DNA of 64,000 bases from Eledone cirrhosa (lineage: Eukaryota): positions 88,784,001 to 88,848,000 of the forward strand of contig OZ024746.1 in NCBI GenBank assembly GCA_964016885.1. Direction: 5' to 3'. A program made the translations under genes and the position numbers. This document shows positions 13,168-30,569 of this stretch, one piece after another. The notes beneath the pieces are model-generated. The model was given only the letters and a program-made list of their open reading frames with translations, was not told the DNA's origin and made no database searches. Numbering within the stretch: the stretch's first letter is position 1; every line of letters begins with the position of its first letter.

Positions 13168-14290
13168 TTAATGAAAACTTAGCATACATCAACTGTAACT
13201 CAAACCACCCACTATCAATTATTAAATCCATTCCACGCAACATATCCCTTAGGATCTCCCGCCTCTCATCTAACCGGCAAATCTTCGAAGAACATGCAGA
13301 ATACGGCAATACCGCATTAGACAAGGCAGGCCACTTAGATAGAGTAGAATATATAGATGAAAGCCTCTGTGAAGCACACACGAACACGCATAACACAAAC
13401 TCCAGAAACACACGCATAGACACATTTACGCATAGAACTGCAAAGTATACGGCAAATAGAAATACAACATCGAAATCAAACAAGTCACGCAGTAGAAAAT
13501 ATATTTGGTATAACCCCATATTTAACACCTCTATTAGTACTAACCTACCCTCTACTTTCTTTAGAATAATAAATAGGCACTTTCCAGATTCACATAGATA
13601 CAGCAAAATCCTTAACACTAAATCTATTAGACTATCCTACTCCACGGCACCAAATATAGAAGCACACATTAAGATGCTTAACGCTAAAAAGATACATAAC
13701 AACACCAAAACACAAATTTACAACAATAACAATACAATTACCACCGAACACAACAGAATATCTAATACACAACCACTCGCTAATAGGCAAACAAAACGTA
13801 ACACACTTGTTCAGGCATCGCAGCCCAAAAATAATGCCAAAGTTGCCCATAACAAGAAATGCAACTGCCACCTACCTGAAACCTGTCCATTACAAAATGA
13901 ATGTATGCAGTCTAACCTGGTTTACCAATGCACAGTGGAATCAGACAACCAGAAATGGTATTACATCGGAGCGACTGGGAATACTTTTAAAGCTCGTTGG
14001 TATACACACCGTTACGCAATGAAACATTCCCAGCACCGTTATGTAACTACCCTTGCAAACAAGACCTGGCAACTGAGGGAAAGTAACCATCAATACACCT
14101 GAAGTGGAAAAAATAAAAATTTCAAACGCGCCCCCATATCGGAGTGGTATGAGAACTGTCGATTATGCGACCTTGAGCTGTCCCACATCTTAAGTTCGAA
14201 GAATAGGTTACTCAACAATAAAATTGAGAGATCAATTTATTGTAACCATAGACTCAAAGAGAAATTTTCGCACTACAAATCGAACACTTA
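13168..14290 (+). pseudogene. 5'-truncated Hydra-clade-like PLE ORF (RT thumb, CxC linker, GIY-YIG)
   Basis: INCNSNHPLSIIKSIP..ISRLSSN, IWYNPIFN, HFP, KCNCHLPETCPLQNECMQSNLVYQC, WYYIGATGNTFKARWYTH, CxxC; frameshifts and stops. Confidence 0.88.
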
Positions 14291-14518
14291 ACTTCTTACT
14301 ACCAACTGACAAACTGCATATACTTAGACTTTATACCCTCTTATATCTAGACCCTTTAATTACCCACAAAACCAATACATCTACCCCCCACCCTTCTCCC
14401 TCATTCCTCTTCTATTTCTTCGTTTTCTTCCTGACTTCCCCCTTCTTGGCTATCTTTTCTTTTCTTCCTTATCACCCCCTTCTTTGCTTCTATTTTTGTC
14501 ATTATTATCTTTATTTTT

Positions 14519-14565
<47 letters not shown>

Positions 14566-14596
14566 ATATGTGTGTGTGAGTGTGTGTATGTATGTA

Positions 14597-14644
<48 letters not shown>

Positions 14645-14800
14645 GAAACACACAGATACATGCGGACACACACATATATACATGAATGCATCCGCACCCA
14701 ACTGTGAGTTAAGGGTGCCAACTTCACCGATGTTGCTCAATGAATGACTGGGACAGACCAATTCAGTTTGAACCAGACTGAACCAGTATCAGAGTTAAAA

Positions 14801-15089
14801 ATACATTATGAAGAGAGAAGAAACATTTAGATATAATTAGTAATAAAATGTATCATACCTAAACTGTTCCTAAATTCCTCGACTACGTAGTTTCGTGGCA
14901 TAAACAAAAACAATATATCAAAGATATAGAGTCCTTGCGAGGTCTGCCGACTTTAAGTCGGCAGACCTCGCAAGGACTCTATATCTTTGATATATTGTTT
15001 TTGTTTATGCCACGAAACTACGTAGTCGAGAATTTAGGAACAGTTTAGGTATGATACAATTATATCTAAATGTTTCTTCTCTCTTCATA

Positions 15090-15095
<6 letters not shown>
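14801..15095. repeat. Near-perfect palindrome centred at 14954, containing the 3' half of a hammerhead in each arm
   Basis: ...ggtctgccgact-tta-agtcggcagacc...; arms differ only by a 1-nt and a ~10-nt indel; gccac-GAAA-CTACGTAG-TC-gag at 15009-15030. Confidence 0.95.
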
Positions 15096-15123
<28 letters not shown>

Positions 15124-15208
15124 AAGTGTGTGTATATATATGTATGCGTATGTATGTGTGTATATATATATATATATTTATCTCTTTATATCTCCCCCCC
15201 TCTCTCTC

Positions 15209-15785
15209 TCTCCCTCTCTATCCATCCCTCCCACTATTATCTATTTAATTCTCTTTAACTCACTACACTCCACGACATGATGTCTGCTATAAAAACTGAC
15301 CAAAGAATCCTTTCACCTCTACCCCTACCTCCACCTCAGTTTGTCATTCTACTTCCTACCTCTTCGTCCTTCCTCTCTCTCTCTATACTATGCCGTCTGT
15401 CCCCTCACCTCCTGATTCCTCTTTCTCTATACTAGTAAATACAATTCCAAATAAATGTTTTTCTCTATATATTAAGAATTATTTCAAGAGTAACTCACTA
15501 TTTTGAAAATTTGGACTGTGAACAACAATTATAATTGAGTGGCTGCTATTTGCAGTATAGCAATATAAGGTTGCACTTACCAATAAAACGGTCGTAAATA
15601 CCTGGATTAAATCCTTATCATAATGCTTACCTGTGTTTTCTCTTTTATACTTTATACTCCAAGATTGAACGGAATTCTTACAAACTTTTGGAGTTACCCC
15701 TAACCGTACGTTGAAACCATCCATGAAACTGGCATTCTTAACCAAAAACTGGATCACAATAAGCAATTTTTTGCTTCTCTAACTA
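15209..15785 (+). repeat. 3' pLTR of the 13.2-kb PLE, with a degenerate U3-A8 hammerhead-like motif at 15499-15600
   Basis: Pairs with 12732-13167; tatt-TTGAAAA-tttgg...ccaat-(G/A)AAA-cggtcg-TA-aata; ends at (TA)n. Confidence 0.75.
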
Positions 15786-16027
15786 TATATATATATATAT
15801 ATATACAAAATTAAGATAAATCAAATGAATTTAATCCAAATCAAAATTATGGGTGTCATGCCAGAAAGACATGCGCCATATGACCCGCAAAATAAGCTCT
15901 AAGATTCTAACGAGTAGGTCCGAGCAGTATACAATAACTAGAAATTGATTAACATACAAATAAACATGAATAATAACACTCCTGTGATTATTCATGTTTA
16001 TTTATATGTTAATCAATTTCTAGTTAT

Positions 16028-16129
<102 letters not shown>

Positions 16130-16139
16130 AGTCTAAAGT

Positions 16140-16392
16140 CTGTCTTAAACCACCAGGCTCATTCAGCCGGGGATTATCCCGGTTTCATGGCGTGAAGTGA
16201 CTGAGAGTACAAGACTCGCCCCTGGACATGGTTAAACCCACAGCTATTGATGAGGCTCATTTTCATCTGAGTAGACTGGAGCAACGTTGAAAGAAGTGTT
16301 TTGCTCAAGAACACAACACGTAACCCAGGAATCGAACCCACGACATTGTGATCATAAGTCCAATATACTTAACACCAGACCACATGCCTCCC
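16140..16392 (-). mobile_element. tRNA-derived SINE, family B
   Basis: The - strand has B-box gggttcgattcctgg followed by gtgttgtgttcttgagcaaaacactt; flanked by microsatellites. Confidence 0.65.
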
Positions 16393-16441
<49 letters not shown>

Positions 16442-18757
16442 TGTATGTGTGTATGTGTGTGTCTGTATGTATATGTGTGTGTGTGTGTGATTGTACACTC
16501 ATTAACATTCAATCCCAATTGATTAGAATGTAGAGTTAAATGTTAATCAGTTAGGAATATATCTCCATAACCGTAGGAAATTGGAGTTAGCTTCTGGTAT
16601 CTCGATCCACCGGCAATGTTCCGGACTGAACCACAATGTGATAAAAATACGTAGCCTTATCCAACCAATAAAGATAATTGCAGATAATGAGCGAGTATTA
16701 TGACAAGTTGTGATATTTTTATAAATTGTTTATTTATACCACACTAATCCGGTGACTAGAGAAGCTTAACATGTACTCTGGCGTGCAAATACTTCAAACA
16801 GACGAGATATCGATAGAATTATTGGAGTTTTAACGCTCATAACAAAATCAGAGTTGCGAATCAATACAAGCTTCACATTTGAAAATTAGTAACATTTTAA
16901 TAGCATAAAGTAATGCTATTGTTCGGATAAAAACTTTATTAAATGACTATGAAGTTAGACTATGTCTTAAAGTATATTAGAAAAACGTTGAAAGTGAGGC
17001 TAATGAAGGACTGGGATGGAATTAATTTATGACAAAAATACCGTAATATCTAAAAGAGTGGCTTAAGCTTAAATCCGAGAGTTTAATTTATGGAAGATAG
17101 TCTTCGTTTAAGACAAATTAATCATTATGAACATATTGTTGTAGGGTGAACAGTATATCTATCTAGAAGTAATTCTCCAGAAACGTATATACAACTGTAT
17201 CAACATCATAAATATTTTAATTCTTCTCATACATCCTCGGTAAAATATATCGTATTTTGTTGAATTGACTTTAAATGTCACTGAGATGGACTAATAAGAC
17301 TGAATTATGACCAGTCAGAAGTACCATAATTGAGGAATTGAGTAAGATATTTTCAGTTCAGCTAATATTTAATATTCATCACCATCTACAAATATATGTA
17401 ATGTTCTAGTCGATGGTCACTGCATTAAAACTATTAACACTCAATTATGGTAAAAACTCACGTAGAGAAGACTTCAAAATTAGTGAAACATCAGAAATCA
17501 TACAGAAAGAGATACGGCGTTGATTTAAATTCCTCTTTCGTATTCAATTGAATCTTACTAATAATTCTAGGCCAAAAACATTCCAGCCTGCCGCAGGCAT
17601 TAGGTTACAAATTAAAGAAACTAATATGAAGTAAAAATTTGGTTTTAAAAAATGTCTAACTATTATACAACATTTTGTTAGGTTTCAGAGTGTTTAAATT
17701 TTTCCTGCCGTGAAATGTTTGTTGGTGTGGCCCAGATGACATATTACAAGTAACAAAATATGATTGTGTACGGTAGTGAAGCAGGTCATGTTTAATTTAT
17801 CAGCAAAGTCGTATGCACTATTTATGATAACAATACGCATTCGATGAATATCTTTTTAGCTAAAACTGTATGTTCATTCTGATGCGAAAACGAGTAAGAT
17901 TAGCAATAATTAACATTAGTAGTTTGGAATTGTTAACATAATTTCTTACTTCATTTGATATTAGAGAAATAAAAGGGAGCCGATGTGTAATTTGAAGCAA
18001 CATGACACAATATTTACTAAGAGTTTCTCATGTAATATATACCAACCCTTCCAGTTGAGTAACGACAATGTACTCGTATCACGATATTGACACAGGAAAT
18101 ATAAAGGCCCCTTGAGCAAATGTATTAGTGTCTTCAGAGAATACAAGACGATGCTAGTAAACCAGACACACAATTTAATAATTATCGCAGTAATATTATC
18201 TTACCTGCCATAGTTAAATAGAAACGTCAATTTTTGAATGTACAAACATTAGAATGTACAAACATTAGAATGGTCAAACGTAGTAAAGATATACATAACT
18301 TTATCAGCCAATTTGTAGTATTAGGATGATCATGATAATAGAAATATGCTGTAATCTGGAATATAGGACAGCAAGATTTACGAAGATAGTTCATAGTAAC
18401 AGTTAGGTATTGGATGATATAGCATACATTCCGATTAATTTCATCCTATTTACTATTATGTATTGTTTTCAGCATTTTCATTCCAAGCTATATTATTCCA
18501 TTAGCCTAATAAACTATCCAATGTGCAGAAGATTAAATATATTCCCATAACAATTGACATAAGCCGAAACATTATTTTCCTTTTAAATTACTGCTGCTCA
18601 GTATGTCTATGTCGTTAAATTGAACTTATTTTGAACAAACCAAAAACATACTATTAAGACGTTTACCACCCAATAATATTTAAAGACAAAATCTAATAAA
18701 CAAGACAAGAATATATAATATATATATATATATGGATACACATGGATATATATATAC

Positions 18758-18799
<42 letters not shown>

Positions 18800-19072
18800 A
18801 TATACATGGATATATATGTGTGTATATATATATATACACATATATATATATATATATATATATGATAATAATGATGGCTGCGCGTTGCAAATGGTGGTGC
18901 ATATGAAAAAGTGAGTCCTTCATCAGTGACCCTCCAACCGTCCCAGGCATTTCATCGCTTTAAGGGCCATATGCCTCAGGTTGGTGCGAACAACGGCTAA
19001 AAAAAGTCGTTGGGACACGTAAATAAAGGGGACGTTAGGGTAACAAACAAAATGGTTTAAGCAACGGAAAGT

Positions 19073-19133
<61 letters not shown>

Positions 19134-19335
19134 CTACACACACACACCACCTTCAGCCCTCCCCGCTCGGACACCCCGTCTCCCTCTCCCCACTCTACCC
19201 GCCACCACCCCTACTCACCCCATACCCTTCCACCACCTGCTACCCCCTTTTAATTTCAGTTTATTTTGATCATGCCTTTATTTTTAAATTTTCTCTATAT
19301 ACATATATATACATATATATACATATATATACATC

Positions 19336-19367
<32 letters not shown>

Positions 19368-19424
19368 GATAGATAGATATATAGATAAATATACACGGGT
19401 GTGTATGATTGTGTATAGAAGATT

Positions 19425-19785
19425 ATATTAATAAAAGGAATTCCAACTTTGTCTGATTTACTCGTTTTATTTACAATCCTTTAAAATTTATGATGGTATT
19501 AGAATGAAATAGTATGGTAGAACATTAAATATTAAGTGATAATTGAACAAGTACTTTCATGCTTTCGCAATCTTCAGGTTGATAATGTGTGGTGACAGAC
19601 AAGTTTGCAACTTTCAACAGTTGAAAATTGCAAACTTGACTGAAGATTGCGAAAGCATGAAAGTACTTGTTCAATTAACACTTAACATTTAATATTCTAC
19701 CATACTATTTCATTCTAATACCATTAAACATTTTAAAGGATTGTAAATAAAACGAGTAAATCAGACAAAGCTTGAATTCCATTTA

Positions 19786-19792
<7 letters not shown>
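19425..19792. repeat. Fold-back element (~150-bp outer arms plus inner hairpin) with mirrored hammerhead motifs
   Basis: tttgtctgatttactcgttttatttacaatcctttaaaat... mirrors ...ttttaaaggattgtaaataaaacgagtaaatcagacaaag; inner hairpin at 19600-19638. Confidence 0.92.
19637..19671 (+). ncRNA. Ultra-minimal hammerhead-like motif (mirror copy 19546-19580 on -)
   Basis: CTGAAGA-tTGC GAAA GCAt-GAAA-GTAC-TT-gtt; GNRA-capped stem II, palindromic stem III AAGTACTT; stem I aac/gtt intact in the - copy; T.T mismatch at the base of stem II. Confidence 0.6.
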
Positions 19793-19823
<31 letters not shown>

Positions 19824-19828
19824 TAGAC

Positions 19829-19859
<31 letters not shown>

Positions 19860-19861
19860 TA

Positions 19862-19990
<129 letters not shown>

Positions 19991-20339
19991 ATGTGTGTGT
20001 GTGTGTGTTTGTGTGTGTGCATATATATATATATATAGGCAACATTTAGCAGCACAATTAAGAAACGAAGTAAATGTATTTTAAATTACGTTATCTTGGA
20101 GACTTAACGATTTGAGATACCATATAGCAAATGTATTTGAAAATATTCCTTTAAGTGAAGCCTATATATGATTCGCTTCTAAATACCCACTTGTTATACA
20201 TATGCATATGTAGGTTTTACCGAATTTTTAGATGACACACCGCTAATGTTGATATACCCATGATTTCATAGATATAACATATAAACTCTTATACACAGAG
20301 AGAGAGACACATTCACCCACAAACACCCACATACACACA

Positions 20340-20605
<266 letters not shown>

Positions 20606-20772
20606 TTACATTTATATGTCTCCACTTACTATCTCAAAGATGTATCTGGTTATGTGTGGCTGTGTTTAATCTCAAAAGTAAATGGAACGCTATTTCAAAT
20701 TATGATGCTACTAGATTATAAAAGTGAAAATTTGCAATCTGACATTCAATATGCATATATGCCCTTCACCAA

Positions 20773-20812
<40 letters not shown>

Positions 20813-21420
20813 CATATGTGTGTGTGCGTGTGTTTGTATGGGTGTGCATTTAAGTATGTATGTATGCATTAAATCAAATAATTAATGGTGCACGATGTAA
20901 AACTATAAAGACTTTTTTATAAACAGCATATATATTTAAACACAACTTCAGAAATCGGTTTAGGGTCATGACGAGACCCTACTTCATGTGAGTTACGTAT
21001 TCAATATCATTTCTACCAATTTATTTCATGAAGAATTAGTTTCAGATAATTTACATGGATGGCAGAAGCCTTAAGGCACACAGCAGGTACAGCAAAATAA
21101 AGCATTGTATATGATTAGATGTTGCCTCGAAAAATTAAGCAATGGAAATCCTTAAGAATAATGAATTTTAATTGAAATGTTAGCTATTTTAAAATTTGAA
21201 ATATATGATATGTTCATAAATCGTTGAAATACAGTTTAATTTCGTGAATGTTCATGATTTATATGCACGTAGCATTTATTATTGATATATGTATGTGGAC
21301 TGACTATTTTTATATACAAACTGACATGCGACTCATTACTATGACATCATAGGTAGTATAAATGATTAAATAATTGACAAGGTTTTTCTCGCAACAATTA
21401 TTTGACATATGAAATACAAG

Positions 21421-21584
21421 TGTTTCTACTTTTGGAACAAGGCTAGTAAATATCCCAGCGCATTACTGGTACTTATTTTATCGACCCAAAGTTAACATCT
21501 GCGTGATTTGAACCCAGAACGTAAAGGGATATAACTATGCTGCAGAGTATGGTGTCTGGCGCTCTACCGGTACTTCCAATCCAC
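21421..21584 (-). mobile_element. SINE family A (internally deleted, diverged)
   Basis: tgtttctacttttgg...ttactggtacttattttatcgaccc...tttgaacccagaacgtaaaggg. Confidence 0.8.
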
Positions 21585-22289
21585 GATAGCAAGATTGCTA
21601 CGATATGAACCTGTGATTACATATTCATTTTTATTATATACAATCATGCTGTACATTGGTCCGTAGGCGCAATTGTTCTGAATCACCCTCCGTTATTTAC
21701 TTATCAACATTTTATAATTAATCTACATGTTCATCATTCTATATGTATAGGTACATTTACGATGATGCATATCGGATTCTGTGAAATCGTTAGCTCGTAA
21801 TATATAAGCATTCCCGGCCACAACAAAAGAGATGAATTTAAATATTTTTAGTATAGGCACGTTCTTCATTTTTGAACTGTAAGCGTTTGTCAACTGAACT
21901 TTTTAAAACGTTTTATATTCTTTCTTATGTAGATAGTGGAATCCCTCATCGTATTTCTCAAGGCAACAGGGTTATACAGGGACCAATCACTTTTGCGTCA
22001 AGTATACATCCCAAATAAAAGGGAAAAATAGGTGAGGTCAACTCTATAGAAACTTTACTAGATATGGGAATAACAAATAACGAAATATTCAAGGGAAAAT
22101 GGCATTTGCCCATCAATGCTTTTAATGTAGTATTTCTTCCAATCTCTTTATTTCTTACGAAAATAAATGAAGTGGGACAATGTCAACCCAGAAATGTACA
22201 ATACAATGAATGAAATTGCACCACTGAATATGGGGTGTGAAGTATTGTTATACTAAGATATTTCATATGAATGAAATCTAGTATATAAC

Positions 22290-22468
22290 TGTTTCTACTT
22301 TAGTCACAAGGCCAGCAATTATCCAGTGTATTACTGGTACTTTATTTTATCGACCCCTTAAGGATGAAAGGCAAAGTCAACCTCGGCGGATTTGAACTCA
22401 GATCGTAAATGGACGTAACTATGCTGGAAAGCATGGCGTCCGACCCTCTACCGATACTGCCAACATCC
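22290..22468 (-). mobile_element. SINE family A
   Basis: Full-length match to the other copies. Confidence 0.88.
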
Positions 22469-24049
22469 ATGTGAACTAAGTAATGTTTTCCTGTGTAGAA
22501 ACCTATGTATAATTTTGCAATGACGCGAAACACCTGTCAGGTATACTGAACGTATTCGACAGCTTATAGTTGTTGATTGTAAACAAAATAGTACTAATAT
22601 AAAACTCTTTAAAATAGACGTTTAAAAGTTATGCCTTTATGTACAATGCAGCTGTGCTAAGTCGCCTGGTTATAAATTATCCACTATTTGACATTAAACC
22701 GGCGCCATCTCGATATAAACATCTCCGGGGTTTCCGGTAATGTCAGCGACATCGGCTATTTAAAATGTCTCCATAAATAAATATAGCATCATTAAAATAT
22801 ATAAAAGCTATATTGCAATATTTCTAATTTGGTGGGGTTCTTTGTATTTAGCTTTTTCTACAATACTGAAAATCGGTGATGATTCAGGAAATAATTTGAT
22901 TGTATCGCACAAACAAACGAAACATCTATCAAATATTCACAGAAAATAAATAAAACAGTGACCACTAAATAAAAACAACGTATTCCAATGTTCACTTTCC
23001 TTCTCATTCTGCAATAATAATAAAATATAATGGTTATCCAAATGATCACAGACTAAAGATTCGTTATATTTGATTATGAAATTTCTTGAGATAAGTTGAA
23101 TATGTGCGTAGAAATACAAATAACATCTGTAGAAACAACAATAAATGAAGAATTATGTTTTTGTTTATTTTAGAAAATGCTATAAAGAGTCAAAGCAATA
23201 ACAACAAATCAAAATTAGAGCAGGAAATAAAAGGAAGATAAATAACCATTATCAGATTTCGAAGTGTCCAAAACAATAAAGTGTTAAAGTATTTGCTTTA
23301 GGATTTCTTACACGTCTTAGTTTTAATTACAGATTATACAAATCGATTTCATTATGTTTTACGATTCCAAGAGAGTTTATGTTTTCTTAAATTTGACAAT
23401 CGACAGGTGTGAGAGGAAAATATATAATTGCAGTCCGATATTCTTATTATTTTCAGAAATTTGAGCACCGTTGCTTGATTTAATAGGTTATCACATAACC
23501 ATCGCAAAAGTCATCGGTTCGAATATTATTGCTCGGTTCATAATCTATTGCTGTAATTTACAGGGGAAGCATAATATTAAGCTGTGCGAATTATTTTTGT
23601 CCAGAGAATAAGAACATATTTGGCAATCAGTAAATACAGAATTAAGAGGGGTTATTGAGTCAGTGATGTCTTATATAAATCGACGGCGCTAAATGCCAAT
23701 TGTTGCAAACTCTAATAATTAATTGACAAGAAATACATCAGCGTAACAACATGCTTATACCAAACCCAGACATAAAATCCACACGAGAATGAATTTAATA
23801 GTGAATAAATATGGATTGATAGAATAAATGTAACTTATATCTAAATTTAGCAAATGGTTCTTTCGATGGAGCGACGCATTTTTAAAGCTATTTAAATGAT
23901 GAACCTGGTCATATTATAAGATCATGTGTTGTTATTTATATATACAACATCATTGCATATTGTCGTACATCCAGTAACCGCAACCACCTATATCAGGCAG
24001 CTGATCTCTACTCCGATGCCCACTGTTCAAAGGGCACAGGTGTGACTTG

Positions 24050-24860
24050 ATACATTTAACACATGGAACCTAAGCTTCTCTTTTTTCTGCAGGCTTCAGT
24101 ATTGCCAGATCTCTCTGCCTGTTCATAAGATTATTGAAGGATGCTCGCCGCTTTGAACAACGCATGGGTCCAACTTTCACTTCATATCACCCCTGGAACT
24201 CATATATTCGATCATTTGCCAAAGTCTCGCAGGAAATCAAGTGGTCCTTCTAACATTGAAGACCATATCCAACACTATTTGCCATTTTGTGTCTTTGAAA
24301 GACTGGGGTTAGACCGATATGTTTGTCATATCTGTGCTGGTTCTGCACAGTCAGCCCTATCCTGTCTAGACAGTATTGATAATCACCTATGAAGATTTTT
24401 TGGAGAGATGCTCTTCTTAACTCCCAAGCAGCTCTCACATATGTGACGTCAAAATCCTGGCATTAGTCTATCTTTATTTCCAGGAGTAATGATTCTACAC
24501 CACAAAAGTAGGACCTTGTCCGCTCACCCCCCCCCCCCCTCGCTAATGTTATTACGGTAAGACACACGCACCATCTCCGTATTCCTAATATCTGACATAA
24601 ACTTAATGGAAATTATTTGCTTTCCTGAACCGCTCCTCTATAGAACAGCCTGCCTAGGGATTGTTTTCTTTGAGACTATATTGCCTATTATTTAAGAAAA
24701 GGCCAGTACATACCTCTCCATGTCATAATTGTATCTAAACAGCCACTTCCCTCGTCTTTTACCTGCATATAGCTAACACACTTCTATTTTGGTCATGATC
24801 GTTGACACTAGTTTCTTCCTGTCATGTAACCCATAACCGTGAATTGCTTTAAAGCTTTAA
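24050..24860 (+). mobile_element. Decayed 3' end of a CR1/Jockey-like LINE
   Basis: YVCHICAGSAQSALSCLDSI resembles the EY-C-xxW...LDxIQ thumb motif, with a downstream NSLP-like motif; heavily degraded. Confidence 0.45.
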
Positions 24861-26281
24861 GTGGTGATATTCTAGTACATAAAAATATAATTATAATAAA
24901 GTGTACAGTTGTGAATATACCATGAGCAAACCGGAGGTCTTACATGACTGACATATTCCCCAGTCATAACTAATAGCCCTTTCTAGATAATTATGTGCAG
25001 TTGCCATTATTGGCGCAAATATCATAGCAAACCTAGATGTCAAATTTTCTGAAAATCACAGAATTTTCATATATGAAAGCCACGCGTACCTGCAGCCATA
25101 CATATACAAAACGATGAAAGCAAATTGTAACAGAATTCAGGTATCATATCTCAACGACCTGACTGTCAGTTTGGGCAATGGGATATGCTTGCCGGCCCTA
25201 GTAGTATACATACATTTAGATAATTATGTACAAAATGTAATTTTCTTTGAAATATTTCTTATGTCAAAATGTATCACCATACTAAGTTTATTTGAATCTT
25301 ATATAAGTAAAATGCAGAGGCAGCATGAATGAAAGTAAGAAGACAAAGTTCTCTTTGATGATCACACTTTCTGTTTTCTATTGTACTATGTATTTTAAAA
25401 CTATTTACTGACTGTCTTTAAATAACTCGAAAATAAGTAAATGTAAGATAATCAAGAAACAACACAATATAGTAAATAACAAAGTTATACTTGAATTTGA
25501 CTTACATACATATTTCTAGATTATTGTCTATGAAGAACTGACAACTAAACTAACAAAAAATAAGAGAAAATAACACCAAATATCTTTAACAGCTAATAAG
25601 TAAATAGTCATACATAATTAATATTTCCCAAAGCCACATTCTGACAGCTTATTTAACTGAGTTGAATTTTTAACATACTGCGTTGTACATAAAGAATATA
25701 TTGTTGTTTGTGCAGTTTCTGTGTTGTTGTTATTTCTGCAGCTGCTATCCTTGTTGCTGTTCATTTCAGTTTTATTGATGATGGTTATTTTAATGTCCTC
25801 TTGTAGATCACATTTATGTTCATTATATTTTGTATTTTATATCATTAGACTGTTTCTTTCAAAGCTCAAAGTGAACGAATATTCGATAATGGTATTTATC
25901 TGTTATTTCCTTCAATCTCTTCAGTTATGTTAAATGGGATATATTTATTGTTTGTGTTGTGTATATATTTTGGCGTGGCTGTCTAATGAATTCAAACATT
26001 TTAAGTTTAACGACGCAAGCTTATATTCATTTTGTCAAATTAAAATAAACAAATGAAAACAAAGATGAAATAACAGAGATAAACATATAAATATTGTTTT
26101 GCATCTTATACAAAATATTCCCATTCGTCTTCTGAATGTGAGTCTATTGGACACTAATTGGGATCAACTGTCAAAAATTAGGTTTCTCACATTTCCGTTT
26201 TCTGATATCATTCTTTTATTATGCTGAATAATTGTCAAGTAGTTTCCTCGTTCTATTCATATGATACAAATCAAATACCGC

Positions 26282-29909
<3,628 letters not shown>

Positions 29910-29915
<6 letters not shown>

Positions 29916-30569
29916 TTTCACAACAACGATAACACACACACACACGGAGACAACAACAACACACATCAACAACAACACACATCAACAACAACAACACACA
30001 CGCATTCAATGCCTCTCACCACCACCACAATCTTAACAAACACACAGACACAGAAAACAAGTAATGACAGTAGCACAGAAATCAGAGAAATAAGAGAAAG
30101 TAATAGGATTAAAAGGAAAAGGAGATGGGAGACTAAGGACAAAGAGAATAACCAAGACGAACACACAGACACACAAAATAGGGTAGATAACAACATTGAG
30201 CCAGTGGAAAGAGACAGGAGTAATTATGAGAGACATATAAACAACCATGAAGCTGAGGCTGCTGCTGTTGGTGGAAATAGAAACAACACAACTAACAATA
30301 ACAATAGCACTAGTACACATAAAGCAGCAGCCTGGAACTCTCCGTTTTATAACCCCTCCGATAAATCATTCGACCTACGACGAGTCCACGCCACGACTTT
30401 GCCATTTAACAAACGCACGCAGTTGCCGTCGCAGGTCGATGAACAAACAGAAGCACAATTTAGTATAGCTAAATCCGAACTTAGAAATATTATAGAACAG
30501 TATAGCAAGAAGCATAATAGAATAGAGGCCCAGCAACTGGGAGGAAGAATCTGCAAATGGCTTGCGTAA
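29910..30569 (+). pseudogene. N-terminal part of the PLE ORF (T/N/H low-complexity region, then a conserved-looking segment), out of frame with the RT
   Basis: Open frame DKSFDLRRVHATTLPFNKRTQLP...EQYSKKHNR overlaps the RT frame, which opens after TAG 30523-30525; 5'-truncated at the inversion junction. Confidence 0.65.

Noticed and set aside
16577-16690. WYLDPPAMFRTE..CD..YP...C, faintly like a Cys-loop receptor segment
   Set aside because: Stops flank and interrupt it, spacing does not match, and there are no supporting neighbouring motifs.
17680-18215. Stop-poor, exon-like stretches
   Set aside because: No recognisable protein motif and in-frame stops; needs RNA-seq or BLASTX.
18895-18985. 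CTGATGA on the - strand
   Set aside because: No downstream stem II and GAAA in correct geometry.
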